Assembly (NCBI GenBank): GCA_012862495.1
Contig: BLSG01000211.1
Coordinates: forward strand, 1-32,088
DNA from: Thraustochytrium aureum
Lineage: Eukaryota
Length of the DNA stretch: 32,088 nucleotides
Direction of reading: 5' to 3'
The notes under the pieces are model-generated. The model was not told the origin of the DNA, did not search any database, and worked only from the letters and a program-made list of their open reading frames with translations. A program made the position numbers and the translations under genes. Below, piece after piece: positions 11,659-21,120 of the stretch (position 1 is the first letter of the stretch; the number at the start of each line of letters is the position of its first letter).

Positions 11659-11687
11659 CAGCCAGCCAGCCAGCCAGCCAGCCAGCC
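11659..11687. repeat. (GCCA)n microsatellite
   Basis: cagccagccagccagccagccagccagcc. Confidence 0.85.
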
Positions 11688-12706
11688 GGCCGAGCACCAG
11701 AAGTAGAGGTACTCTCCACCGGCCACGCCAGGCCGGCCAGCCAGCGGGCCAGCCAGCAGGCCGTCCGAGTACGCACTGGCGGGCAGGCAGGAAGAAGGCA
11801 CAAATTGGAAGGAGGCGAAAGCGNNNNNNNNNNNNNNNNNNNNNNNNNNNNNNNNNNNNNNNNNNNNNNNNNNNNNNNNNNNNNNNNNNNNNNNNNNNNN
11901 NNNNNNNNNNNNNNNNNNNNNNNNNNNNNNNNNNNNNNNNNNNNNNNNNNNNNNNNNNNNNNNNNNNNNNNNNNNNNNNNNNNNNNNNNNNNNNNNNNNN
12001 NNNNNNNNNNNNNNNNNNNNNNNNNNNNNNNNNNNNNNNNNNNNNNNNNNNNNNNNNNNNNNNNNNNNNNNNNNNNNNNNNNNNNNNNNNNNNNNNNNNN
12101 NNNNNNNNNNNNNNGCATGCAGGCGGCCGAACGCCGCGCCGCCCACCGACCACGGCCCATGCGAACGCGCCTCTCGCGAGGCCACCAACGAGGCGCCCGC
12201 CGTGCCAGCGTCGGAAGCGAGGCCGAGCCGCAATCGCCATTCTATCGCCATTCTATCGCCAGTATCGCCAGGGCCGCGCAGGGCGGGCGGGCTGCAGCGG
12301 CGGCCGCATCGCCTCGGGTCGACTGGTGTCGTGAACGCGGCCGTGGTGCGTGAGGCGAGAGGGAAAAGAAGCAGCGGAGCGAGCAAGCGAGCGAGGAAGC
12401 TCGTCACTCGTCATTGTTGCTTGGAATCTGAAACGAACGAGGCCAGAGACCCATCAAGAACGACACCTCGCGCGAGGCTGCTGGCGAGCGGGAGCGGCTG
12501 TTGGCGGACTGGCAGCGGTCGTCGCGCCCGGTCTCCGGCGTCTGCGCGGCTGCCCTGGAGTGTGTGGGCCAGGCTAGCAGGCGGGCCGGTTTGCTCGCGC
12601 GTGGCCGCGGATCGTCGAAGAATCTGCGACGTCGCCTGGCACGTGCGTACGCGCCAGTGTGGGCGCGGCGCGGTGGCCTGCCTGAACAGCGGAGCTCGCA
12701 CATAAC

Positions 12707-13456
12707 ATGATGTCTAAGGCAAGCAACGCCGCCGGGCTCAAGCTGTCGCTTGGGAGGCTTGCGGAGGTGCGGCCGGAGCTGGCCGGGCAAAAGACGATAC
12801 TGTGCGGCATGGTGGATGTGACGCCTTCCAAAGTGCTGGAACGGAGGGTGCACGGCAAGTCGGTGCGGAACTGGCGCAGGCTGCTGAGCCAGTACCTGAG
12901 CGATGGCCAGTGCGCCCCGGCGGTGGTGATCCGTCGGGACAGCGACTCGTTCATTGTGTCCGCGTACTCGAACGACTTTGACGCTGTCGTTATGCTGCGC
13001 TTCCCGAGCTCGCTCGAGCTCGCGCACGACCTCGCGCTGGGGTCGCGCCTGCTCGCCGTCAACACATACGTGGACATGTCGTACTGGCTCGCCGAAGACA
13101 TCACCCCAGGCGATCAAGTGTTCCAAGGATGCAGGTGGGGCAACTTTGAGCCAATCATTGCAGACTTTTTGTCTTCGCAGACCGACAAGCTGGCACTGGC
13201 CAAGCGCAAGATCGACCCTGCGCTCTGGCGCCGCACCGAGACCCTCGGCCGCGAGTATTTGCAAAACCGCTCGGGCTGGGTTCGCGACGGCCGCCCAGGG
13301 TACGCTATCCACCCGCGCAATGAGAAGGGCATGTCCATGGACAGCCGAACCGTCGAGGCGATCAAAGACTCGATGCACGGCCCGGAAGACGAGTCTGGAA
13401 GGGTGCGGCTTTCGACGGCGTCGACGGCGTCGTCGTTGACAAACATCAAAATGTAG
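12707..13456 (+). CDS. Hypothetical globular protein, 249 aa
   Basis: ATG-initiated intronless ORF with natural composition and conserved-looking motifs (PAVVI, VSAYSNDFDAVVMLRFP, GSRLLAVNTY, WGNFEPIIADFLS, RDGRP). Function not recognised. Confidence 0.7.
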   Translation: MMSKASNAAGLKLSLGRLAEVRPELAGQKTILCGMVDVTPSKVLERRVHGKSVRNWRRLLSQYLSDGQCAPAVVIRRDSDSFIVSAYSNDFDAVVMLRFPSSLELAHDLALGSRLLAVNTYVDMSYWLAEDITPGDQVFQGCRWGNFEPIIADFLSSQTDKLALAKRKIDPALWRRTETLGREYLQNRSGWVRDGRPGYAIHPRNEKGMSMDSRTVEAIKDSMHGPEDESGRVRLSTASTASSLTNIKM

Positions 13457-13701
13457 GGCCTGCCTGCCTGCCGGCCGGCCAGCCCTCGCCAAGTCACCCT
13501 GCTTGAGATGCTTGAGAATAAGAGCCGCGCCAGGGCCACGGCGCCTCTCGATTGCCACGGCGCCTCTCGATTACCATATTTCCAACGATTCGGATACCCC
13601 ACCCAGCTTGCAAAAACAACCCCCCTTCGCTGTTCTCGTTTCGCTGCGTTGCGCTTTGGCGGCTTGAACCTCGCCGGCGCAGCAGCTCCTGCGTCCTGGG
13701 G

Positions 13702-14259
13702 TCACGCGTTCATCATCATCTTGATGTACTCGGCGTAGTGAAAGTGCCCGCTAGAGTCCGTCTCGAGGTGGCGCATGAGGTCCTGGATCTGGTCCGTGCT
13801 GATCGTCTCGCGCGAGCAATACTCTGTGAGCGCGTCCTCGAGCGCCTGCAAGGGGATCGTGCCGTTGTTTGTGGTCGAGAAGAGCCGAAAAGCGTTGCGC
13901 ACCTGGTCAGCCGTGTACGTTGCGCTTGCCTTGCGCGACATTACTTCGACAAACTCCTCAAAGTCGATCTCGCCGTTCGAGTCCTGGTCAATCTCGTTGA
14001 TCATCAGGTCAATCTCCTCTTGCGTCGCCATGATGCCGAGCGTGTCCATCAGCTCGCCGAGCTCTTCGTTCGATATCGACCCGCCGCCGTCGCGGTCCAC
14101 CAGGTTGAAGATCTCCCTGTACTCGCTCAGCTCCTCTTCGCTCAGCTCGTTGGCGGTCACGGTCGTAAACTTGCCGTTCGCGGAGGCGGCGTCAGCGGCG
14201 GCCGCCTCTTCGGCCCGCTCGTCAGCCTCCCCAGCGCTCGCCGTCTCCACAGCCTCCAT
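13702..14259 (-). CDS. Calmodulin-like EF-hand protein, resembling outer-arm dynein light chain LC4
   Basis: Canonical EF1 (DRDGGGSISNEE) and EF2 (DQDSNGEIDFEE), degenerate EF3 and EF4. The segments EYREIFNLVD and MSRKASATYTADQVRNAF recall flagellar LC4 (from memory). Start is ATG 14259; an alternative in-frame ATG is at 14436. Confidence 0.85.
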   Translation of the reverse strand: MEAVETASAGEADERAEEAAAADAASANGKFTTVTANELSEEELSEYREIFNLVDRDGGGSISNEELGELMDTLGIMATQEEIDLMINEIDQDSNGEIDFEEFVEVMSRKASATYTADQVRNAFRLFSTTNNGTIPLQALEDALTEYCSRETISTDQIQDLMRHLETDSSGHFHYAEYIKMMMNA

Positions 14260-14912
14260 CTCGTCGTGCTCTCGCTGTCGCTCCGCGTTTGGGGCGTTGC
14301 CGCCTGAGCCGCGACGACGACGTGGGCGTTTACAACGGCTCTCCCTTCCGTCAACAACCTCCCCGTTGTCGCGTGAAAGCGCGGCGGCGTTTACCTGGCA
14401 CGCCAGCAAAAACAGGCCGATGGCGCCGAGCGCCATAGGCGGCCAGGCACTTTCGCAAGCCGTGTAGCGAGCTCTGTGCCGCGTGCACGGGCTTCCCAGA
14501 CGTCCGAGCAACCCAGCAACGCGAACGAAAGCGGCAAACACGCCGTGGGCCTGCGCTGCCACGGCATCCTGCAGAGCGAGCCCTCCGCCACGCAGCGAGC
14601 CCAGCCCTGCACGACATCGGCGACATCGGCGCAAGGCGGCTCGCGGCGCGCAAAACGACCTCGAGGGCAGGTTGTGGGCCAGAATATCGAGTCGCGCTGC
14701 CGTCCGGCACAGGTTTCTCCCGCCAAGACCCAGAGCGTCGCCAACGCTCCTGGCGCCCAAGAGCATACGGACTTGCTGCGTCCCGCTCCTCAGGCGCCGG
14801 TGCGGTCCTTGGTCGACGTGCGGCGCCTCGGCGCAAGGGACCTGAATGCTAGCAAAAAAACGAAGAAAGCATTTGCTTCAGGAGGGAATTGAGGACTTCA
14901 GGGTGCCGTGGA

Positions 14913-15954
14913 TCAGGGCGTCGAGGACAACGGGGTCGAGGACGACGGGGTCGTAGCCCCACGCCTCGCGCGTTTTGCTTCGTAAAGGCGGTCGCCGACT
15001 GGAACACACGCTGGGTAGGGGATCTGGGGCATGGAATGCCAAATGTCCCAGCAGGTCCTCTTTGCCATCTTGCAGAGCGGGACGTCGCAGACCGAGCACT
15101 TGTACGCAGTTTGGGCGGGATCGCGGACGCCGTGCGTTGTCTTCGTGTCGCAGCTTTTGCAACACACGACGCATCGGAACCTCTTCTGTCCGCGCTCGGC
15201 CGTAATTGTGTGCTCGGCAGACTTGTCGAGGCGCAATCGAACCATGGACGGATCCGTATTCGCGTGCTGCAGTCGACGCCTCTTCGGCTTGACGAACGCA
15301 GACCCAGTGGAACTTGGGACCAAAGGTCTAGCGCTGACCACGTCCATGGGGGGCGGTGTGTCTGTCCGAAAGCGCTTTGCGTTGATCTCCCTCAGCTCGT
15401 GTATTTTCGCCAAGAGTGGTTGCGGCTCGTCGAGGCCTCTCCAGAGCTTGAACAAGAAAGATCCAAAAGTCTCCGTACGGCGGCGGGCCGCAGCGAGTTC
15501 CCGAAACGTCTTGAAGCTGTCGAGGTCTGCCCGGAGCCTGTCCAACTGGTACACTCTGAATGCGTTGTAGAGAATGTAGCCAAAGTGAGCCATCCAGAGC
15601 TGCTGAACAGGCTTTCCAACGTCGTACTTGGACTTGCTCCCGTTGACAGCCTTCCGCAAGAGGTCCAGGTTTCCCATGCACTTGCTCCACCACATGGGGA
15701 GCTCGGGAATGAGGTTTGAGCACGGTGGTGGCGTCCCATGCTCTGCAACATCTGCAGCGAAAACCCGAGCGAGCTGAACGAACGTCTCCAAAGTGTGGTG
15801 CTCATGGGCGAAAGCGTAGACGTCAGAGTGGTCGGACCCGATGCGTGGCACCGGCTCGGGGGTCTCGGCGAACATGAAACTCATGTACTCGTCTTGAAGA
15901 AAGGACAGAAGCGCCAGCCAGTTCCGGCGGCAGTCCTCCGAGAGGCGAACAAGG
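14913..15954 (-). CDS. Transposase piece 3: third catalytic Asp and piggyBac-type C-terminal Cys-rich domain
   Basis: IPELPMWWSKCMGNLDLLRK...QQLWMAHFGYILYNAFRVY resembles piggyBac P....YN..MGGVD..DQ......W...lf.......NA..LY. RCVVCCKSC...TAYKCSVCDVPLC...CWDIWH resembles the piggyBac CRD zinc ribbon. KPKRRR is a possible NLS. Confidence 0.78.
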
Positions 15955-16081
15955 NNNNNNNNNNNNNNNNNNNNNNNNNNNNNNNNNNNNNNNNNNNNNN
16001 NNNNNNNNNNNNNNNNNNNNNNNNNNNNNNNNNNNNNNNNNNNNNNNNNNNNNNNNNNNNNNNNNNNNNNNNNNNNNNNNN

Positions 16082-16908
16082 ACGCACTGCTCGGCCCCAG
16101 AAGGGCTGGCGAAGACCACAAGCGTGTAGTTCAATCCAAGAACTGCAGCGCTGTGAACGACCTGCGTTCGGAAGGACGGGTCCGGCACCGCCGCAGCAAA
16201 CGCAGCGGTCCCTGCGTCGCACACCACCTCTTTCGATTCACCGATTCGCTCGCGCAGCTCGGCGATTGTCCGCGGGGTGGTCGCGGTCTTGATCTTGATT
16301 GCGACCAGACCGACGTGCGAGTTGTCCACACGCGTCAGATAAGCAACGGCGTCCGGGGAGGTTGCGGCAAACCGTACTTTGCGATCGCATACGACACCAT
16401 ACTCTCGCAGGTTCGCCCTGAGCATTCGGTACGAGGTGTGCTTTTGAAGGAAAGCGCTCAGACCTTTCACGATGGTCGATTCGTTCGCAGAGCCGATGTG
16501 GAGGGGACGTTTTGACTTGTCGCTGCCGGGCTGGAACGGGCGCATGAACCAGCGTCGCACCATGAGTTGGAGGAAGCACCGCTGTCGCTCTCCACGGCTG
16601 AGCGGGCCAGAGTTCTGACTCGTGCTCACGTAGGTCGTCTGGGTGAAGGGAAGGTCCTCGTCGTCGCTGCCATCAGCGGACCCGAGCGAAAGCCTGCCGT
16701 CGTCAATGCTAGCCCCAGAGGTCCTGGCCGCGTCTGTGTCCGTGCCAGCATCCGCAAGAGGCGCGCCGGCTTTCTCAGCCTCGAACGCCGCGATCTGTTC
16801 GGCCAGTTCCTTTCTGGTGCATTTCTCCGAGCGTTGGAGGTTGCGCTGAGCGGCGGCTTCAGCAAGTGCTGGTTTGCTCTTTCCCATCCAGTACTTGCTG
16901 CTGGTCAC
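16082..16908 (-). CDS. Transposase piece 2: SAP/HeH-like motif, acidic linker and YqaJ (PD-(D/E)XK) exonuclease core
   Basis: LHIGSANE (G...E), LREYGVV, FAATSPDAV (SPD), VAIKIKT (ExK motif with E replaced by K), FRTQVVHSAAVLG (Q motif). Confidence 0.7.
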
Positions 16909-18536
16909 GTTGCCACGGCGTCCGCGACTCGGGCCGACGTACGCCTGCTCTTGGAGGGGGCCGTATTCGCGTCAAGGTTCTCGATGTTTTCTATCGACGC
17001 AGCGTTTCCCAGCGCGGCCTGGATAGGAGGGTTCAGTTGAGCAATGCCTTTGACGATGCCGTGTAGCCTCCGCGCTTCATTAGTGTGGAAGTAGGGCGAG
17101 CCCTCGCAGCTGAACGCGGCGTGCGTGTCCGTGCTCGATGAGCGGAACATGCGCGCCAAGTACCAATCCGGTGTGCCCTGCTCAAGCGTGAGACGGAAAA
17201 TCCTGGACTCCATGTCCTGAAATGCCACGTTCGCGTCCTGGACGTTCGCGTTGTAGGCCGGGGGCGCGGCGTTGGCGACACGTTTGACGCCACCCGGCTC
17301 GCTGCTGCTGATGCCAGCGCTTGTCTCGAAGGCCCATGCGTGGCCATCGAATTCTTGACGTGTGGTGATGAGCAGGGCACATCGCGGCATACCCTGGCCG
17401 TGTCGAGCCATCACAGCTCGGACACCCGTCGACCGCTCATTTGCAACGAATACGGCCCGCTTGCCATTCTGGCTCACCAGGGCCTGTTGGCCAGCGGTCG
17501 GCGCCTCTGGCGCACGCTCGGTTGCCAGGAACGGGAACGCCCTAGTCGCTTTGCAGGTTCCCAGGACCCGGACTCCGAGGCGGCCGAGCATCTGGACGAT
17601 GTTTGTGCCTTCGGCAGCGTCCTTCTGCTTTGCAAGTGCAAGGTGCTCGCGATCAATGAAGGCGAGCAGCGAGTTGCCGCGACCTCCGAGCTCGGTCGCC
17701 TTCGAGACGTTGTATAGGCCCAGAAAGAGTTGTTCCAACGACGAGCAGGGCGGGTTGCCCATTTGGTCGACGGACCCACCGAGAATCAGCCCCGTGGAGA
17801 CACTGGCCAATAGATGGACGACTGGCTTGGGCTTCTCGTCCTTTGCCGGCGTGCGCTCGGTGCCATAACTTGCCCAATCTTTGGCTGTGTGGGGGAGCTT
17901 GTCGTCGTCGCAGTCGACCCACGTGGTGCCCTCGACGAAAAACAACCCAGACCAATGCCTGCGGCATACTTCCTGAAGCTTTGCCACAATGGGCGACTCT
18001 GTGAGCGGCGCAGACCCCACATCCTCCAGAGGCGTTTCTGTGTAGTGCTCAGACACCTCCACCGCCTGAACTAGCCCCTGCACCTTCGCATGCGTGTCAC
18101 AGTCGTTGGGCTCGCCTCGAAAGCCCCCTTCGCGAACGCCCACGTAGTACCCTTTAGCGGATTGGCCATGGTAGCGCATGGCGATCTCGACGCGCAAGTA
18201 GGCGATGATCTCGAGGAACGACGCCGAGTTCCCAAGCCAGCCGGCAAACTCGACCAAAAACCTCGGGGGCAGTGCAGCTGCAAAGGCATCCAAAGCCGAC
18301 ATCTGGACACCGCCGACCAGGTTGTGCTGCTCGCGAACCCTGCTGACCACAGTCCTGGCTTCCGCATTGAACTTTGCCAAAAGCCCTGCATCAGCAGGGT
18401 TGTACCGGAGCTTGACTCTGTCCAATCCGACGACTGAGCCGTGAAGGTTGCCATGAAACTGGCTTCCTTCGTTGCTGTACGAGTCAAACGTCCATCGGCG
18501 GCCTTGGCTTTGCCCTTCCAGCCCTTCGTCAGCCTC
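16905..18536 (-). CDS. Transposase piece 1: piggyBac-like N-terminal and catalytic region (D1, D2) plus the start of the YqaJ domain
   Basis: LFFVEGTTWVDCDDDKLPH, KPVVHLLASVSTGLILG, LLAFIDREH and VRVLGTCK parallel the piggyBac DE, K...GY, DNxF and GT(V/I)R motifs. LEQGTPDWYLARMFRSSST matches the YqaJ N-terminal pattern QgT.eW...R...iTaS. Confidence 0.65.
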   Translation of the reverse strand, partial: EADEGLEGQSQGRRWTFDSYSNEGSQFHGNLHGSVVGLDRVKLRYNPADAGLLAKFNAEARTVVSRVREQHNLVGGVQMSALDAFAAALPPRFLVEFAGWLGNSASFLEIIAYLRVEIAMRYHGQSAKGYYVGVREGGFRGEPNDCDTHAKVQGLVQAVEVSEHYTETPLEDVGSAPLTESPIVAKLQEVCRRHWSGLFFVEGTTWVDCDDDKLPHTAKDWASYGTERTPAKDEKPKPVVHLLASVSTGLILGGSVDQMGNPPCSSLEQLFLGLYNVSKATELGGRGNSLLAFIDREHLALAKQKDAAEGTNIVQMLGRLGVRVLGTCKATRAFPFLATERAPEAPTAGQQALVSQNGKRAVFVANERSTGVRAVMARHGQGMPRCALLITTRQEFDGHAWAFETSAGISSSEPGGVKRVANAAPPAYNANVQDANVAFQDMESRIFRLTLEQGTPDWYLARMFRSSSTDTHAAFSCEGSPYFHTNEARRLHGIVKGIAQLNPPIQAALGNAASIENIENLDANTAPSKSRRTSARVADAVAT

Positions 18537-18985
18537 NNNNNNNNNNNNNNNNNNNNNNNNNNNNNNNNNNNNNNNNNNNNNNNNNNNNNNNNNNNNNNNN
18601 NNNNNNNNNNNNNNNNNNNNNNNNNNNNNNNNNNNNNNNNNNNNNNNNNNNNNNNNNNNNNNNNNNNNNNNNNNNNNNNNNNNNNNNNNNNNNNNNNNNN
18701 NNNNNNNNNNNNNNNNNNNNNNNNNNNNNNNNNNNNNNNNNNNNNNNNNNNNNNNNNNNNNNNNNNNNNNNNNNNNNNNNNNNNNNNNNNNNNNNNNNNN
18801 NNNNNNNNNNNNNNNNNNNNNNNNNNNNNNNNNNNNNNNNNNNNNNNNNNNNNNNNNNNNNNNNNNNNNNNNNNNNNNNNNNNNNNNNNNNNNNNNNNNN
18901 NNNNNNNNNNNNNNNNNNNGCCTGGCCTTGACTGCGGCGGCCTGGCCTTGACTGCAGCCGTGGCGGCGCGGCGCGGGCGGCGGCG

Positions 18986-20765
18986 ATGATGAGGAACAGG
19001 GCGAAAGGGCGCGCCAAGGGCGCGGCGGCGGACAGGTCGTGGAGCTCGACGAGCGAGGATGAGTTTGGTGAGGCTGGCGGTATGAGCTCGGCGACGGCGT
19101 CTGAGGACGAGTCGCAGGAGGAAGGGAGCGCGAGCGCCGGGAAGGCGTCGTGGGCGAAACGCGTCGCGAGGCGAGGCGCCGCGAGGGAGGGCAATCAGCT
19201 GGGGGTGACGCTGAACGGGCAGCGCGTGTTTGCGCTTCCGAAAACGACCTCGCACCTGCAGAGTCTCTTCGCCAAGTGGTACTCGCCCCCCGCGCTCGTG
19301 GCCTGGGCCGGGATCGCGGTCTCGGCGTTTGCCTTTTTCGCGTTCGCAGAGTATCCCGTCGTGATCCTCGTGGTGGCCGTTTTTTGGCGACTCTGCTACA
19401 ATCTGGGCGTCGGCGTGCTCCTCAAGCGGCAGAGCGAGAGCGGATTTCTGACCGCATGGATCATCGCGCTGCGCGAGGACCCGTTCGGGACGCGCAACAC
19501 GGTTTGGAGCTCTGTCCTGCGCAAGACCATGCCCGACAACCGCGACGTCCTCAACGACAACACGCTCCCGGCCTCGTTCCCGGCCTGGATCGCGTTTCGC
19601 AGCATCGTCAATATTGTCGAGAGCAACGACGTGGTGGCTTTTACGCTCACCGCCATCCGGTTTGGCCTGGCCGAGCGCGAGCGCCACCTGCAGTTCTCTT
19701 CCTCGTCGGGGTTTCCGCTTCTTGCCACGCTGAGCCCGCTGGCAGACCTGACGGGCCTGCTGCTCATTTGCCTCAGCCTCTACAGCAAGGTCGCGGCGCG
19801 GCGCACGGCGGGCGACTACGCCTGGTACTGGGGCGACTTTTTCTTCCTGCGGACCGGATCCGTCGAGCTCTCCTTCGACGGCGTTTTCGAGCTCTTCCCG
19901 CACCCGATGTACACGGTCGGCTACGGCTGGACGTACGGCTGCGCGATCCTGGCCCGCTCCTTTTCGGTCCTGGCCTGCGGCATGGCCTTCCACCTCTCGC
20001 AGCTTCTCTTCCTCACCCTTGTGGAGGTCCCTCACGTCGAAAAGCTGTACGGGACCCCCGCGGCGACGGGGCGGCCGCCCAGCTCGCCGAGTGGCGAGCT
20101 GCCGGCCTCGCTTCGCGCCGAGATCGGGCCGGCTGGCGACGAGGTCTCACCCATGACGCCAGACAGCGTCGACGGTGCTTTCTCGGACCAGCTCGAGCAG
20201 GACCAGGCCAACGTGTTTGTGATCAAGAACTTTGACATGTTTCGCGCCTCGGACATCAACTTGGCGCTCTCGCTGGTTTTCTTTGTGTTTGCGATGCAGG
20301 TTGGCTCGTTTCCTGGGGGCCCGCTTGACGACGACCGATTCTTCATCCTGCAGGCCGTGCTCTGGCACGTGGTCTCTTCCCTGCTAAAGTCGGTCATCCT
20401 GGTGGGCCAGGAACGCACCAAGTTTTGGACGCGCCACTTCGTCAAGATGGGCCGCGGCCGCCAAGACGCCTTCGAGTCCTGGAAGCGGATCTACAACATG
20501 CTGCAAAGCTTGCAGCATGTGGCCTTCTTCCTCTGCGCGGCGCGGCTGTTTTCCATGCCGCAGACCTGGCTCGAGTGCCTGCGTCCCGAGTACCTCTCGC
20601 AGCAGTTTTTGGGCATCATGCTGGTCCTCATCTCCGTGTGGTCTTTCTCTTCCTGCTACAACGTGTTGGGCGACTATGGGTGGTTTTACGGCGACTTTTT
20701 CCTCCCGCCGCCGCAGGTGGCCGAGCTGGCGCGAGCGCGCCGCCGCGCCTTGGTCGAAGACCGCG
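18986..20765 (+). CDS. CHO2: Cho2-type phosphatidylethanolamine N-methyltransferase (two PEMT-like units); 3' end in an assembly gap
   Basis: Multi-TM protein with GDYAWYWGDFFF, LSFDGVFELFPHPMYTVGY and EVPHVEKLY, plus a second unit LGDYGWFYGDFF. These are hallmark motifs of fungal Cho2/Pem1. Confidence 0.88.
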
Positions 20766-21120
20766 NNNNNNNNNNNNNNNNNNNNNNNNNNNNNNNNNNN
20801 NNNNNNNNNNNNNNNNNNNNNNNNNNNNNNNNNNNNNNNNNNNNNNNNNNNNNNNNNNNNNNNNNNNNNNNNNNNNNNNNNNNNNNNNNNNNNNNNNNNN
20901 NNNNNNNNNNNNNNNNNNNNNNNNNNNNNNNNNNNNNNNNNNNNNNNNNNNNNNNNNNNNNNNNNNNNNNNNNNNNNNNNNNNNNNNNNNNNNNNNNNNN
21001 NNNNNNNNNNNNNNNNNNNNNNNNNNNNNNNNNNNNNNNNNNNNNNNNNNNNNNNNNNNNNNNNNNNNNNNNNNNNNNNNNNNNNNNNNNNNNNNNNNNN
21101 NNNNNNNNNNNNNNNNNNNC

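Larger units (their letters stand above)
14913..18536 (-). mobile_element. piggyBac-like DDD transposase gene with an inserted YqaJ/lambda-exonuclease domain; disrupted by a frameshift, element ends not visible
   Basis: Three collinear minus-strand ORF pieces carry, in order: D1 VDCDDDK (17901-17909), D2 FIDRE (17652-17654), LGTCK, the YqaJ motifs, D3 P..WWSKCMGNLD (15663-15665), YNAFRVY and the Cys-rich domain. The frame is open upstream of 18425 to the gap at 18537. Confidence 0.72.

Noticed and set aside
16905..16972. Programmed -1 ribosomal frameshift in the transposase
   Set aside because: No X XXY YYZ slippery heptamer is evident, and similar indels in three unrelated genes suggest error or decay.
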